Positions 26,968 to 39,368 of a stretch of 64,000 nucleotides of DNA are shown piece after piece (the first letter of the stretch is position 1; each line of letters opens with the position of its first letter). The position numbers and the translations under genes were made by a program. Origin of the DNA: Stegostoma tigrinum (taxonomy: Eukaryota); assembly GCF_030684315.1 (NCBI RefSeq), contig NC_081396.1:2046001-2110000 (forward strand), read 5' to 3'. The notes beneath the pieces are model-generated. The model saw nothing but the letters and a program-made list of their open reading frames with translations, did no database searches and was not told where the DNA came from.

Positions 26968-27639
26968 CCATTATACACGTATACCACCTTGATTATTCAA
27001 CCCCTCACGGAAATCCTGAGAGAACAATAAACTGCCATTCCCAAAAAAAAAACATTCAAATCCCACTTCATGCATCACTGTAATGAATATCAAACTTGCA
27101 TGCTTGACATCATATATCAGTCTCCCACTTATGCAGGACATAATGCGAGGAGACAAAGTTGTAGTCTGATACACGTCTATAGGTCCAGAGGACTCGGTAA
27201 AATTCTAGGAATGGGAGTTCTGTTCCTGCTTTATAGAAAACACATCAGAGAAGAAAATCTTGTTAAGCATGAATGATTACCACGAATCAGTTGACAGAAA
27301 GAACTCACCTAGTTCAATGAAGTCCTTTAGAGAAGCAAACTATCAACCTTGCCTCGTCTGTTAGAGCCTACATGTGACACCAGACAAACAGAAATCTGGT
27401 TGTCCCTGAAACTTGTTCATAATTCTCAGATTATAGGACAAAGTATTGAATTTATTTAAAATCATAAGCTTTCCATGTGAGGAAGGAGCAGACTTTCAGA
27501 CACCTGCAGCTCAAGAAAAGACGCAGGATATTGACGTTAAAGGGACCATCTGTAACTGAATTCTGTTAAATTGCAATGTTCCAAATCAAATTGAGGTTGA
27601 GTGCAGGGAAGCAGACAGACTGCAATTGGATGAGATCAC

Positions 27640-27900
27640 GACGCTGAGCTCAGATAAAGACCAAGATATACTATCAGAAGGTGACAAGATGGCACTGATT
27701 GATACTCAACTAAACCAATACAGGAGATTGATTAATACGCGATGATTGGCAGTAATAGAGAAAACTACCAGAAGATAGAGATGCACAGCCAGGCACATGC
27801 ACAGAAAACTGAGCGCCACGTTTTACCCTAAGTGGGTAGACACAGTTCGATGTCATCACATGGACTGTTTTGGATTCATTCAGCATTCCATTGATACTTT
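27640..27900 (-). pseudogene. Decayed V-domain relic
   Basis: G*NVALS..GCASLSSGSFLYYCQ..QSPVLV; the paralog at 63720-64000 reads ..QSPVLV..SYQLLIA..GLYL. Confidence 0.35.
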
Positions 27901-28009
27901 AAAACCAACATCGTCAAAAAGCATGTATTTAGGTCTGTGCATTTATGCGATTATACTGATTTTTTTTTGGTTTTATTCTGAGAACTTTACCAGCCACGTG
28001 GAGGACAGA

Positions 28010-29400
28010 CAATATGTTGTCATTATTTAATAATGGTGAGAGGCATAAACAATAAAATTGCAGACCAGTCGCTCTAACTTCAATGGTGGGGAAATTTCTG
28101 GAATCACTTCTGAGAGATTTAAATAGTGTGCACTTGTAGAAGTAGAGATTAACTAAGAACAGTGAGCATGGTTTCCTGAAGGGGAGGTCATGTCTGAGCC
28201 ACTTAATTGCATATTCGAGTAGGTGACCAGGTATGTAGATGAGGGCAATGCATTTGATAGGGATTACTTGGACTTCAGCAAGGAGTTTGATACGTTCCTG
28301 CATGTTAAACCGATAGCCAAGCGAAGAATCTGTGGAACTTAAGCAAGTTTCACTGTTTTGATGCAGAATTGATTGAGGGACAGATACCAGTGCGTGATGC
28401 TTGAGCGTGCTTTTGAGACTGCAAACCTGTTTTCAGTGGGTTCTGCAGGGATTAGTGTTGTAAAGCTTCTGACTGCAGTTTATATAAACGTTCAAACATG
28501 AATGTTAGGAGAGTTGGTCAGTAATTTCTTCACTGATTTGGAAATTTGTGATACAAAAAATAGTTGGAAAGATAGTCTAAGTTTTCAGGAGGAGACTGAT
28601 GGGACTGTCAGATCGACTGATCAGAGACAATTTGAATTCAATCTTCATAAGTGTGAGATAATGCACGGGGACAGAACAAACACGACAAACGAACACATGA
28701 TCAATCATAGGACATTGGGAAGCACTGATGACCAGTGGAATATTCATTTGCATGTCCACTGTTCATTTAATATGATGGGGTAGTTACAAAATTAAATGGG
28801 ATACTTGCTTTTATTAGCTGAATTGCAGAGCTTAGAGTAGTGAGGTCACAATGGAACTGCATTATGACAGGCGACAGGTAAATTATTGGTTTCAGTTTTG
28901 AAATTCTTAATAGAGAAGGAATTGAATTGCTGGAGAGGCAGTGCAGAGGAAACGTGGTATATTCTCAAAACTCGCTAAATGTGGTATATGTTGAATGGGC
29001 TGGGAGTTTTAGTTATAAAGAGAGTATGGATAAACTCGATCTATTTTCCCTAGACTAGAGAGGACTGAGGGGGCTTGGCATATGTAAAATTATAAGAGCT
29101 ATGGATAAAAAGGACAGGAATGAATGCTTCCGATTGTTTGACATTTCAATGCATGAATTTAAGGTGAGACGTAATAGTTTCAGTCTTTTTTTCAGCCACA
29201 GAATTTTTCAGAATCCAAAAGTCTTTGAGGGTGTACAGGCAAAATTTCTGTTAATATTTAAAAATTGTTTCCACATGCAATTATGATTCAAAGTCACAGA
29301 AGGCAATTTCACAACTGTCGAAATGTGAGATTGGAACAGTTACATGCTCGTCATTGAACAGCATCGTTTTAAAGGTGCAAAGGACATTTTCCTGTGCGGT
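28010..29400 (+). mobile_element. CR1 LINE RT/3' part, decayed
   Basis: NCRPVALTSMVGKFLES..HGFLKGRSCL..YLDFSKEFD. Confidence 0.8.
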
Positions 29401-29507
29401 AAACGTCTTTGATTGTATGACTCCGTATCTCAATATGCATGTGCCTGTGCCTAAACGTCTATTGTGCATTTTCATGTGCATGTGCAAGTGTGTGCACGAG
29501 CCTGCAC

Positions 29508-29525
29508 GTGTGTGTGTGGGTGTGT

Positions 29526-29586
<61 letters not shown>
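29508..29586. repeat. (TG)n microsatellite
   Basis: Direct observation; followed by a GA-rich tract at ~29630-29712. Confidence 0.95.
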
Positions 29587-29588
<2 letters not shown>

Positions 29589-29849
29589 CTTGTTTGTGTT
29601 TGTATTTGTGAGAGAGAATGAAACAGAGAGTCAAAAAGATAGGTAGACAGATAGATAGACAGAGAGAAAGAGACAGCGAGCGAGGGTGAGAGGGAGAGAG
29701 ACAAAGAGAGAGTCTGTCTCAAAGCCTGCTTAGATAAAAGCTCCAAAGTTTAGAAAGCTTTGTCTGGGGTGGCGGTAGATAGTTTAACAAGGCCACAGTT
29801 TATTTCCTGATTATATTATCTTATATATTTTGTGGTCTAGTGCCAGACT

Positions 29850-30180
29850 CTGATGGCGTATTTTAGCTGCTACAACAGTGCAGCTTGAAAATCATCAGGA
29901 ATTCTATCAGGCCAGCAATATATAGCACCATATCGTGCGAATTTATTACGCTCCTGAAGCTCCTCAGTGAAATGAATTGTAGCAAATTCGACTTCATCCT
30001 CGACACCTGTGGAGAATTCCAATAATATAAATGTGGACTGCATGCCTGGGTGCTGTTGGTATTAGTGTAATATGCAATATCTCTGTATACTCATAGAGAA
30101 GCAGGTCAATGCAACCACTGTCACTTCTGTTTCAAAATTTGAGCAGTGCAATGATTGACAGTATCTTTGTTGACTCTGAT
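29850..30180 (-). pseudogene. TCR alpha/delta-type V pseudogene
   Basis: Acceptor TATTTCAG; DTVN..VALTCFSMSIQRYCILH*YQQHPGMQSTFILL..GVEDEVEFA..FTEELQERNKF..LMIFKL. Trp41 is replaced by a stop and the 3' end is damaged. Confidence 0.75.
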
Positions 30181-30721
30181 CTGAAATAATTGAGAATTTA
30201 TACTTCCTTTTTGTCACGAACAACAAAGAACCGATTGGCTCAGGAAATGCACAGGTTTAGTGGTTTATAGAGAACTCAGAATCACCATAACAACAGGTAT
30301 TTGTCAGAAACCCATCAAAAATAAAACAAATGACGAGTAACTGCAATGAAAAATGGCTGTTGGGTGTTGGAAGGTGATAGTTCTAAACTGCACGCTCACA
30401 CATTGCTGAGAACTCTGGGCATGTGATCAGTTGACCTTTCTGTGTTTCCACTTGGTTCGGTGAGGCAGAAAGACAGCAGTTGGACCTAAGTGGATGGAAA
30501 CAGCTTGAGACAGATTGCAGCCAGATCCCTCACAAACAGTGTGGCTCTAAACAGACAGAATTACTGCTGAAGCTATCACCGGACATCCAACTCAAATTAT
30601 CTCCCACTCAAGACAATCACAGAACTCATCGGGAACTACAAATGTAAAGCGTCTCCCACTAAATTAATCTCACACCAAACTGTCTCGACTGCCTGCTCAC
30701 TCACATTCACGCTCACAAACA

Positions 30722-31052
30722 AGGGCAGTTTAGCGACTTAGTGGTTTGCACTGTTGCCCCACAGTTCCGCTACACATTTAAAATATCCACATCAGGTGAC
30801 TGTGTGGTGTTTGTGCATTCTTCTCATGTTTGTGTGGGTTTTCACCGGGGGTCCCGGGATCCTTCCACAGTCCAGCGATAAGTAGGTTAGGTAAATAGGC
30901 GGAGCTAAATTCTCTGTAGTGCCCAGGAAAAAGTAGGCAAGGGGAATTAGCCATTGGAAATGCAGTGATAAGGTAAGGGGATGAATCTAGGTGGGACGCT
31001 GTTCAGAGTTGGTGTTGATTTTATGGGCTCAACCGTCTTTTAGTGCACTGCA
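30722..31052 (+). mobile_element. HE1-type SINE, degraded
   Basis: Forward copy containing the GACTGTGTGG..TTCTCATGTTTGTGTGGGTTTT central domain. Confidence 0.7.
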
Positions 31053-31544
31053 AAGAGCCTAAAGTGAATGGGTCAGCAGCTCGTGGCATCACGCCTCATG
31101 CAGCTACTTCCACACAGACAACCGTCAAAACCCAAAATGAAAGCAAAGTGCCTGGAAAATGATAAGGAAGTTGCGTTAAAATACGGTTCTGTTACTTTTG
31201 AGGAACGACCAAAAATGTTCAAATGTTTGCACAATCAAGTCAGCCTCATTGAACTCAACGGATAATTGTAACTGAAAAAAGGAAACAGTTCCAGAAACCA
31301 GAAAAAGCCTCTGATAACAGAATGAGGCCTCAATAAAGTAAGGCGCTTGTTTTGAGGCCTCACCAAACATGTAGGACTTTAATGAACTCTGACTGGGATG
31401 AAATACGTGAGATACAATAATCTCACAGTACATTTTCTGAGAAAAGCAAGTTCTTTGCAGATTCCAATGGCCGAAATTCCAACAGTGCAACCGGATCTCA
31501 AAGGTCAGCGCAATGCAAAATTCAGAAGTAGAATCCCTACAATG

Positions 31545-31810
31545 TTGGGACCGGCCCTTCAGCCGAAAAAGTCAACAACTGCCCTCAAAGTCTCTCAGCT
31601 AGACACATTCCTCTCTTCTATGCATTTCTGCCCCCTAAACCCAATTTAGTATGGTCAATTCACCTCGCTTAATCATCTCTGGACAGCTGGACGAAATCCA
31701 TACAGACACAAGATGAAGTGCAAATTCCACACAGACAGTCGCCCAAGTTGGGACCGAACCCGGATGTGTAGGGCTGTGAGACAGTGCTAACCACTGAGCC
31801 ACAATACCGT
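31545..31810 (-). mobile_element. HE1-type SINE, degraded
   Basis: GGCTCAGTGGTTAGCACTG head and ACTGTCTGTGTGGAATTTGCAC domain. Confidence 0.75.
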
Positions 31811-31811
31811 C

Positions 31812-31884
31812 CAGAGAGCATAGGCTTTGATCCTGCCACCTTACACATACAAAGCAAGCTCTCTGCTATCTGAGCTAATTCCCT
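31812..31884 (-). tRNA. tRNA-Ala pseudogene
   Basis: AGGGAATTAGCTCAGATAGCAGAGAGCTTGCTTTGTATGTGTAAGGTGGCAGGATCAAAGCCTATGCTCTC aligns to vertebrate tRNA-Ala (GGGGAATTAGCTCA..) with mutated anticodon and T-loop. Confidence 0.7.
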
Positions 31885-32790
31885 GAATCTTGGAGCTGGT
31901 TGCAACTGAGTTATTTATTTTACCAATCACGTTTAAATCAAATGAATAATTTAACTTTGCCAGTTTGACACAGTTTGATGACTGCTGCTGGAAATGATAG
32001 TTTGCATTTTAAAAAGAAATCAGTCACTCAGTCTTCATTCTCTTCATGACTATTGAATAATCTATTGTTATTTCACCTGCAGTTGCATTTTTTCATCAAA
32101 AAATGACCCCCTTCTCTATCTGGAAGAATGTGTACTATAACCAGTGCAAAAGAGTCCCCAACATCCTGCCAAGCCAATTGCTTTGCACACCCTGCACGAT
32201 CTGTCAGCACCAAGAATCGTGCCTCACCAAGGCCCAGCACGATATCCCACTCCTCTCCATTACGTTGTCCAAGAATTACTCTTCCATATGTTCATAAAAA
32301 GAACGTAAGGTTTAAAAAAATGGCGCAGTTGAAACATGAGCTGGAATTGACGCTTCCAGTGTGCCCCATTGAGATTAATTCACTGCCCAGATTGCAGCAT
32401 CCGGCTAATTTCACTTTGGCCACATGAGGGCGCGCGGTGATCACAAAAACAAATCATCGACCTTTTTTTCAGCAGTGACAGCCTGAGGATATGAAATGAG
32501 TGGAATACTCCAATTCGAAACGATCACACAACATAACGCCTGCTGTTTCAAATTCTCCAGTTCCAGATCTGACTAATGCTGACCAATGTTTTTGTTTCTG
32601 TTCAAGCTTTTGAGACTGAAACCATAAGCTTTGCCCAACTGTTGTCAATTCCTTGATCACAAGTCTGTTTTATTTGATACACCTTACTACATTTCCCAGC
32701 GTTCATATTGTTTCCCACTAACACTTCCACGTGATTAATTGTCTTACCTTCCTTGTTTTCAGTTGCTGTGTGCTTACCACTTCCTTTCAG

Positions 32791-33146
32791 AGATGAGTAA
32801 TAGAGATTCAGTCCCCAAGTCAAAGCAAGGAGTCCAGGCAGAAGCAGATGAAACTTCAGCAATCGTTTGCAGTTACCCTGTATCGAATTCAGCTGCGCTG
32901 TATGAAGTGTTCTGGCACGGTCAGAACCCATAATAAGCATGTCAGTATCAGCTCACAGTCACCCGTTATGGATAGAATGAAAAGATTCCCTGCTTTGATC
33001 ATTAAAGTGGGAATCTCAATCCAACTGTCGGGAATTTTCAACTGCCAGTTGATGATAATTAATTTTCAACGAATTCATTTTCAAATGAATTACTGCGCTC
33101 TGCTATCAACAGTCTATTGGGAACACTCCAGTCTCATACAAAAACT
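32791..33146 (+). pseudogene. TRAV-type V pseudogene with 23-RSS
   Basis: CTTTCAG|..SNRDSV..ETSAIVCSY..YEVFWHGQNP**..NYCALL, heptamer AACAGTC (33108-33114), 23-nt spacer, nonamer ACAAAAACT (33138-33146). Decayed leader near 32625-32680. Confidence 0.85.
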
Positions 33147-34432
33147 GAACGTCTGTTAAAATCAAGGATGAGCTCAAGGAAATGCACGTGATTGCCTGTT
33201 TGACAATCTATGCAGGGAATCATAAATAAACATATATACCAGGGCAAGCGTAGACCCGTGAGGCCTACCCTGATGCTCAGTCATTCATTGAGGTCATAAT
33301 TGACCTGATCACGTTTTCTACTCACCTGATCATTAATATTTCTCTCTCTTGGTTGTCAAGGCTCAGGCCACTATAACAAGAAAAATATGAACTGACTCTC
33401 CTTTGACTGACTCTAGGCGAAGAATAAAACTACAAGCACTCACAATTATCCTTAATTCATAGCGAAGAGTCAACAGCATTGCTTATTTCTGGAGCCACAT
33501 TATCGCCGAACCAGGTAACTTCAGCATCATTGTTTATCTAAAGGGTTTGTTTATTATAATTATTTTACACCAATCGATGAACATTTTATCGGAGGAAGCT
33601 CATTGCAGATGGTTTATGAACTGAATTTACACTACACTAGCCGGTCATCCTGCAGAAAATTACTCTGAGCCCCCTGATCGCCACTGCACCAAATAACCAC
33701 GAAACCAGCATCTGCCGTTGAAATCTATATTGTCTTATGTTGATTTGTTAAAACTTCTTTCCTCATTCACGCTATGGACGTAAAGATTATCAATACATTT
33801 TTCCAGAACTAAAATGAAATGACACGGATTTTCTTTACAGTTCCGCAAATTAAAAGATAAAATAATAACATCGGTGTGTGAAACAGAAAAAGCAGATTAG
33901 TTGAAAATTATCGTGGATGCTGCTCTCTCCCCCTTGCACATTCAAGGATCCCCAATCCCAGACGGAGGGAATGACCCTATTACGAGAAACGTTTCTTCCT
34001 CAGTTTAAACTTCCGTTCAGATAAACTTAAAATACACTGTAGCTATTACTGTAAACATATAGCAATGCAATGTGATACGTAATACCTGTTGTGTTTTGAG
34101 ACCAGGTCACAGATTGTAAATGCAACCATTACTGTTTTCAAAATATTAGCTGAGCGCAGCTCAGAGTCACCACGCAGATGTCAAATTTAGAGACTGCAGA
34201 ATCCCCGTGAACACCTTCTGTTTCCTTCTCTCTCGCTCTCTTTCTCTCTCCATGCACGCATATACAGATAAAGAGAGAGAGAGAAAGGGAGGGAGAGACA
34301 GAGAGAGAGAGAGAGATTGCTGCAACTTCCCACTTGTTGACTTGATTTGATCAACATTATAATTGTTCAGCGATCTACTTTTCTGCTGAGCCAGAGGATT
34401 TCCTGCACTACAGAGTGAGACAACCAGGAACA

Positions 34433-34949
34433 ATGGGAGCGTGTCTCAAAGCGATCCTTATCATTGTATCTATTCTCATTAAATATCTCATCATGGAAAA
34501 AGATTATTTTTCTTTTCCAATTTGTTCCTAAAATAACAGTAACAGTGACGATAATGTTGATAAATATGAGGCTGATGTTGACTGTCGTTTCTTTCTTATT
34601 GCATTTTATGCTCGATTGGAGACAGCAGGAGCCAGTGGAAAAACCGTTTGTTGAAATAACTGTTGAGGAGACAAAAAATGTCATACTAAATTCTATTTTG
34701 AATTTAGACACGAATGCACACTGGTACATTCAACGTCCCAGGCAGCCTCCACAGTTACCGTTTAGGCCTTTTGAGAGCAGTGTGTCCAGAGACAACTGCC
34801 TTAGAGATCTACTTTCTTCTTTGCTTTCTAAAACTGACAAGATCACCGAACTAACAATCAGCACAATTTCCGTCTCCAAAACAGTCATGTATCACTGTGC
34901 CCTGCAACCTACACTGATGCAGACAAATCATGGATTCCACACAAAAGCC
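34433..34949 (+). pseudogene. TRAV-type V pseudogene (stop-free V exon, dead RSS)
   Basis: Leader MGACLKAILIIVSILI without a GT donor; V reads ..VEETKNVILNS..HWYIQRPRQPPQ..ELTIS..MYHCALQP (Cys23 to Ser). Heptamer TACACTG (34910-34916), 24 nt, ACAAAAGCC. Confidence 0.85.
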
Positions 34950-36409
34950 TACCATGAGAGTATCCATTCGTGCTCATCGGAGGGCGCCCTCACATCACCA
35001 AACAGAATTCACTCTGAACAATGAGACATCCATAAAATTTCTTCAATGGCTATAATGCACATAACGCTAAAGAAGAGCAGTCGAGGCTCGCCTGCATAAT
35101 TACTCTCTGTTAATTCTGTTCATACAACAATTTGCTTTGTAAATCGTCCTGTGATATTTCCTGCTTTTCGATTTCAATCCTACTCGAATTGAATCTGTCA
35201 ATCTTCTCTCCGTGCTGCACACAAAATTGTAAAATCTTCCACGTAAGTGGAGAGTACTCTCATACTTTTCTGAGCTCTGTCCTGCAGACGGTGACAGGCT
35301 TCAGGGAGACAAAATATGAGTTACTTACTAATTCCTATGTTCTGAACAGCTGGGATAATCACACTTATGTGGCTGCTCCAGTGTCTGTGGAAAGGGAACC
35401 CCCAGGATGTAGAAAGTGCTCTTTCAGAGAGGCAGTGGCATTGGAATTCAGCGATAATAGTTGGGCTGCCTTTTGTAATGTAAACGTTGCTTTAAACTAT
35501 TCGAGGCGGGTTTGAATAGTATTCAGGCCTTGCTGCATTTGCACACAATATCTGCTAAATATGTACAAACATCGTCAAACAGGCGGACCTCTTAGAAGCC
35601 AGGTCATAACAATATAGTCAGTTCCCAAGAATGGCTCCAAGCTCTCGAAAGCTCACAGGGTCTGAGAGTGGGACATCTCTGCTGGCGTGAGCCCAGTCAA
35701 GGGGCATCACTGAGGTCTGTACTTTCAGTCCCTGGCCAAAGTGGGAGAGAGTCTCATTGATGAAGTCGGTGTAAACAATAGGTGCTTCGCACTCGTTCGA
35801 GTAACCTCTGCAAAGACATCCTTGGAAAGAGATGACAGACCACCAACAAATATTAACTATTTCATCTGTTCTAGGTATGGTTTCAAACTGCTGAAACGTT
35901 AAACAATTTTATTTGACACATTATGCAAGGTGAAGTTTCACTAACAAAGATATATCCTGTAATCCCAGCTGTCAGCGGAGACACCGTTAAAATGACAGTT
36001 CTGTAAACTGCTGTCACAGAAAATGTGCTGCAGTGCTATGTCATGCGTTGCTGCCTTTTAATCATTGACTTTACGTTTCTTCACAAATATTGTGGAATGG
36101 TTTTGTCTGGATTATTTTTCCATCAAATAATACTTATTCATAATTCCAGCCTGAATTCGGCAAATCACAAGTAGTTCATATTTTGCTGCTTGAGGTTGTG
36201 TTCCTCCGCAATGTACTTCTACAAACATTAATCATCAACTGATTATCGAACACAACGAAAACAGGATAGGCGCTGAGAAAATATCCAATTTCAATTACGT
36301 GTCAGGCGCACCATAGAAATGATATGAAACAAATCTCCGTCCACAATCACTCTTTCCCAATGTAATGATGCACCAATTAAGAACAGAATACATTCTCCTG
36401 TAATGTTCC

Positions 36410-36712
36410 ATAGAGTCCCTACAGTGCGGAAACAGGACCTTCGGTCCAACAAGACCATGTCAACACTCAGAACGTCCCACACAGATCAATCCCCCTAAAA
36501 TCCACCTGTCCTACACATTCCTGAACACTTTGGGAAATTTACGATCTCCAAGTCACCCAGGCAGCACATCTTTGGACTGTGCAAGGATACCAGAGCACGC
36601 ATGCAGACAAGGAGAGAACGTGCAAACTACACTGAGACAGTCGCCCAAGGGTGGAATTGAACTGAGTTCCTGGCGCTGGCAGCAGTGTTAACCACTGAGC
36701 CACTGGAATTGC
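36410..36712 (-). mobile_element. HE1-type SINE
   Basis: Collinear with 8734-9035. Confidence 0.75.
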
Positions 36713-37399
36713 CCACTGTTCCATCGAAAATGTCATGTCATGGAATATACAGCAGGGAACAACTACATGATAAATTTCCTCTCGACTGAGGCTGAGTCTG
36801 GACAAAATGTACAGAGAATGAATGTGAATTTTAGTATGGTCTAAGTAGGCTTTCTCTCCATCTGACTCATCCCTGCAGTGTTGGAAATGTGCCATTTCAT
36901 GTTAAATTAAAACAAGATAAAATTGAGACATTTCCACATTCAGTGGGAAAATAGCAATAACATTGTGTAATGACTGACATGAAACATGAAACATCCTGAG
37001 CGGCTTTGACACTGCAGATTTTACGAGGATGTTTCAACTTCTTGGAGAATCTGAAACTTCAGGAAAAGTTTCAAGACATCAACAATCTCAGTGTCCCCAG
37101 GTAACTGATTTGAGCGAGGTCATAACTAGTCCTGAATCCAACAGTGATTGGTTAACTGGTAAGATAAGACGTGAGAAACCAACCAATCACATCATGGTGA
37201 AGGCTGTCCGTGGTCTGAGCTCAATCTTTTATATAAGACTAAAATTGTTGGAGTATTTTGCTGTTCTGGTGTTGTCACACCTCACAGCCAGGATGTCCTG
37301 CGTTTAAGTCACGTACAATAGGTGTAAGACAAGATTTCTAAACAGTATAATCAGTAAATATTAAAACAAAGTTCCATCTTTTACTTATTAGTTTCGCAG

Positions 37400-37855
37400 A
37401 TGAAAACTGATGTCATGGGTACCCTGAGAACGTTATTGCTAATCGTGACTATTCTGCATGGTGAGACTGAACTAAAACCATCACAAAGTAGTTTTTTTCC
37501 GTTACATATACTCACATACTTGTAACAACATTTTCATATTTGTTACAGGAACGAGTAGTCAAGTTTCAGTTTCTCAGAGCCCACCTCAGATACCGGTTGA
37601 GGAAGGAAAAACGGTAATGTTGAACTGTAGTTACGAATTGTCGGCTGGTGCTCCTACTCTGTTCTGGTACGTCCAATATCCTGGGGAAGCTCCGAGATAT
37701 TTACTGAAGAGGTACAAGAATGAAGACGGGGAAAGCTCACCACATTTCCGTGACCGGTTTTCTGCCAATTTGGACAAAGTCAATAAAGTGGTCCCTTTGA
37801 GAATTAATGAAACCCGTCTGTCTGACTCAGCCATCTATCACTGTGCCCTGAGTTC
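37400..37855 (+). CDS. Apparently functional T-cell receptor alpha/delta V gene segment (leader 37400 or 37415 to 37460, V exon 37549-37855)
   Basis: (MKTDV)MGTLRTLLLIVTILH-G|GTGAG..TTACAG|GTSSQVSVSQSPPQIPVEEGKTVMLNCSYELSAGAPTLFWYVQYPGEAPRYLL..FRDRFSANLDK..LRINETRLSDSAIYHCALS. Cys23, Trp41 and Cys104 are intact and there are no stops. Confidence 0.93.
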
Positions 37856-37894
37856 CACACTGAGACAGAGACACAGTCAGCCCGTACAAAAACC
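37856..37894 (+). promoter_or_regulatory. 23-bp spacer recombination signal sequence
   Basis: CACACTG (37856-37862) + 23 nt + ACAAAAACC (37886-37894, consensus nonamer). Confidence 0.95.
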
Positions 37895-38895
37895 TAAAAG
37901 ACACTCTTACCTCCCTTGTCTGGATCAGATCTATAACTTTTACAATGAATTGTTAATATGATCAAAACCACAGTGCAAAGAGCACATCACATTTTGGAAC
38001 TCTTTTGATGGTGCAGAATGCAGATCATTCAACACAAACTGCCTGCTTAAAGCAGCTGCGAGTTTTATTCATGGTCAGCGAGCAACTCGTTTAATAGAAA
38101 GCTGTGGTAGTGTTACCATAACAGTTTACCATTACCCATCAATGACTGAAATCAAAGATAAGCTGCATTGAAAGAAAACACATGATAGACACTTCTATTT
38201 TGCACAGAGGGTTCGTGTGCGGAACGCATAGCCAAAGAATGTGGGTACAGTAACAACGTTTAAAAGACATTTGGTTAATTACATGAATTTTTAAAAAAAG
38301 GTTAAGCGGGATAGAGACCACGCACAGTCGGGTGGGAAAAGTTTAGTTTCGGATTACGCTCGATATAGACAGGTTGAACTGAAGGGTCTGTTTTCGTGCT
38401 CTGTGAGTCGATTACGCTAATTGAAGAAAATAGCATTTTCACTATTAATAACTGCCCCAAAGGCTCTTCGTTGTTCAGTCAAGTTAATTTCATTCCAAAA
38501 TTGATAGATCAATGGATGCTAAAAGAAACAATTGTGTAAAAACTATCAAGTTTGTGAGGGATGTACAAACTTCATTGAATGGAACGGCAAGTTCGGTGGA
38601 CTAAATGACCTTCTGCAGCTCCTGTTTTCAACGTTGTATTGACAATAGATCTGATGTAATGGACTAGAGAACAAAGCAACTGTGAGATGATTGAAGGTAC
38701 ATTTGCGAATCTGTCAGGATTATCCATCTGATAGCGACACAGGATATGATTCAACGTCAGTTCTGTGATGAACAAATTCAGCTTCATCTCCCTCTGTGCA
38801 ACTCTGTCATCAGTTCTGCAAACTTGTCAACCCTTATTATTTACTCATTCCTCACTGTTGTAGCTGTTTTAAATGATAAGTTCACAAGGTGAAAA

Positions 38896-39368
38896 ATGCT
38901 CACCTTTCATCGATACTGGCTTAATCAGCATTTCTCTCTATTTTCAACATATTCACTGACCTTGATGATATTGATTGGAATAAAACGCAAATGCGAGCCT
39001 TAATATCCGTTTCCTTCTTTTTTTAATGTAGTTGTTAAGCGTGCAGACTCGGTCACATATAAGCAGATTAAAATGAGACAGCTTGAAGGACACTCGGTGA
39101 CGATTAATCTCAGCTATTCTGCCAGAGCTGAAAAATATTGCTTACAGTTGTAACGTCTAGCTTTTGGTAAAACACTACATTCCTTTTCTACATTCATACT
39201 TAAGGCGATGTTTTCACGCCAAAGTGGCTTTGGCATTAGGTTTTCTGCATTTCGAAAACTGAGGAGAATTTCACCATTCGTGAGCTGTGGCTGTCTGACT
39301 GCAGTCCAGTATTGTGGGAGGAAAAATACTGCAGAGATAAAAACCAAAAAGAACCTTGTATTAAAACA
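38896..39368 (+). pseudogene. TCR alpha/delta-type V pseudogene
   Basis: Acceptor at 39031; ADSVTYKQ..LEGHSVTINLSYS..YCLQL*R..GKTL..SGFGIRFSA..FTIRELWLSD..AVQYCGR. RSS is degenerate (TGCAGAG-23-ATTAAAACA); decayed leader at 38896. Confidence 0.8.

Larger units (their letters stand above)
12260..27915 (+). repeat. Segmental duplication copy A
   Basis: Collinear with 46955-64000, e.g. GTTTCGACTCGTGCA..CAATTCCTGG at ~12268 vs ~46961, the GPCR, and 27643-27915 vs 63732-64000. Roughly 85-88% identity by eye. Confidence 0.95.

Noticed and set aside
29281-29746. ORFs with HT/VC repeats
   Set aside because: Translation of the (TG)n microsatellite.
29899-29943. Short insert flanked by GAATT repeats inside a V pseudogene, as a RAG transposition product
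   Set aside because: The insert has no heptamer ends and a 5-nt AT-rich repeat arises easily by chance.
30537-30650. Possible V 3' end with CACACTG on the minus strand
   Set aside because: Needs several frameshifts and has no nonamer; too weak to list.
35705-35745. Minus-strand FGQGLKVQTS as a J segment
   Set aside because: No upstream RSS, lacks the Thr of FGxGT and has no good donor; may be FR2 of a ruined V or chance.
37405-37415. ACTGATGTCA resembling the CRE-like TCR V promoter decamer
   Set aside because: It overlaps the start codons, too close to be a promoter element without TSS data.
38678-38800. Possible V 3' end (GDEAEF..LTDSQMY, CACAGTT) on the minus strand
   Set aside because: No Cys and no nonamer; unsupported without a profile search.
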